DNA of 64,000 nt from Octopus sinensis (Eukaryota): contig NC_043020.1 in assembly GCF_006345805.1 (NCBI RefSeq), positions 18,290,001 through 18,354,000 of the forward strand. Reading direction: 5' to 3'. Positions within the stretch are counted from its first letter, which is position 1. The number at the start of each line of letters is the position of its first letter. The notes below the pieces were generated by a model that ran no database searches, was not told the origin of the DNA, and saw only the letters and a list, made by a program, of their open reading frames with translations. The translations under genes were made by a program, and so were the position numbers. Positions 62,930 to 64,000 of the stretch are shown in pieces.

Positions 62930-64000
62930 TAGCATTGGTAATGACTGTGGTAGTGGTGGTGGTGGTAGTTGTGGTGATGGTGGTGGTGGTAGTGGTGGTT
63001 ATGGTTGTGGTGGTGGTGTTGGTGAATGTTGTGATGGTGGTTGATATGATGGTGGTGGTTGTGGTGGTGGTGGATGTGTTGGTGGTGATGGTTGTGATTG
63101 TGGTGATGGTTGTGGTGGTTGTGGTGGTGGTGGTGGTGGATGTTGTGGTGGTGGTGGTGGTGGTCATGGTGATGGTGGTGGGAGGTTCTAACAATGGCGG
63201 TGGTAGTGGTAGTGGTAGTAGTAGTGGTGATGATTGTAGTTGTGGTGGTGGTGGTGGTTGTGGTGGTTGTGGTGCTTGTAGTGGTTATGGTGGTAGTAGT
63301 GGTCGTTGTGGTGGAGGTCATGGTGCGAAGAGATAATGACAGTGTTGGTAATGCAGAGATGTAGTGACAATGGTGTCATTAATGTGGTGATGGTGTGGTG
63401 AGGTAGTGGCCATGGTGGGGGTGGTAATGGTGGGCTGGGGTAATGGTGGGGGTGGTAATGGTAAGGGAATGGGGGTGGAAAGGCAAAAGATAAAAGATAC
63501 ATTGTAGCAGTGGGGGTAGTGGTGGTGGTGGTGGTAGTGATGGTGGTGATAACGATGCTGGAGGTAGTGATGGTTGTGGTGGTGATGGTTGTTGTAGTAG
63601 TGGTCGTAGTGGTAGTGGTGATGGTGGTAGTGGTGGTTTTGGTGGTGATGGCTGTGGTGGTGATGGTTGTAGTGGTAATTGTAGTGGTGGATGTGGTGGT
63701 GGTTGTGGTAGCCGTGATTGTGGTGGTCATGGTGATGGTGGTGGGAGATTCTAACAATGGCGGTGGTAGTGGTGGTGGTAGCTGTAGTGGTAGTGGTAGT
63801 AGTAGTGGTGATGGTTGTGGTGGTGGTGATGGTGGTTGTGGTGCTTGTGGTGGTTATGGTGGTGGTGGTAGTGGTTGCGGTGGTAGTGATGATGGTGGGG
63901 GTAATGATGGTTGTGCTGGTGATTGTGGTGTGGGGTGGTTATGTCAGTGTGGCAATGGTAGTGGTGGTGGTGGTGATATAGAGTGATGGTAACAATGATG
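62930..64000. repeat. (GGT/GTG)n low-complexity tract with an old 563-bp-period duplication
   Basis: TTCTAACAATGGCGGTGGTAGTGGT at 63186 and 63749. Confidence 0.85.

Noticed and set aside
62875-63986. His-rich, Thr-rich and Gly-rich ORFs resembling cephalopod structural proteins
   Set aside because: Same trinucleotide-repeat artefact; overlapping ORFs in most frames

Overview
AT-rich, repeat-saturated eukaryotic non-coding DNA. The repeat families look like those of an octopod cephalopod (inference from recalled SINE/LINE families, not a database hit). I find no intact host protein-coding gene. Nearly all ORF-track entries are microsatellite translations or transposon remnants. The window holds many tRNA-derived SINEs of several families, 3' ends of RTE and CR1 LINEs, decayed Tc1/mariner-superfamily elements (two maT/DD37D-like, three mariner, one Tc1), hAT- and piggyBac-type MITEs, a solo LTR with a 5-bp TSD, a Penelope GIY-YIG remnant, fold-back elements and a SINE-derived 96-bp minisatellite. 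The main result of the hunt is a set of type-I hammerhead ribozyme motifs (CUGANGA...GAAA...NUH), most with the short palindromic stem III typical of Penelope-like elements. There are seven reasonably complete motifs plus two remnants, in unrelated sequence contexts. Eight of the nine lie on the + strand, and several sit inside (TA)n microsatellites or cluster at 30.6-32.5 kb. A nearly transposon-free, CpG-retaining island at about 10-18.4 kb, with a consensus minus-strand splice donor, may be the regulatory or 5' region of an unseen gene. All folds and alignments were made by eye.
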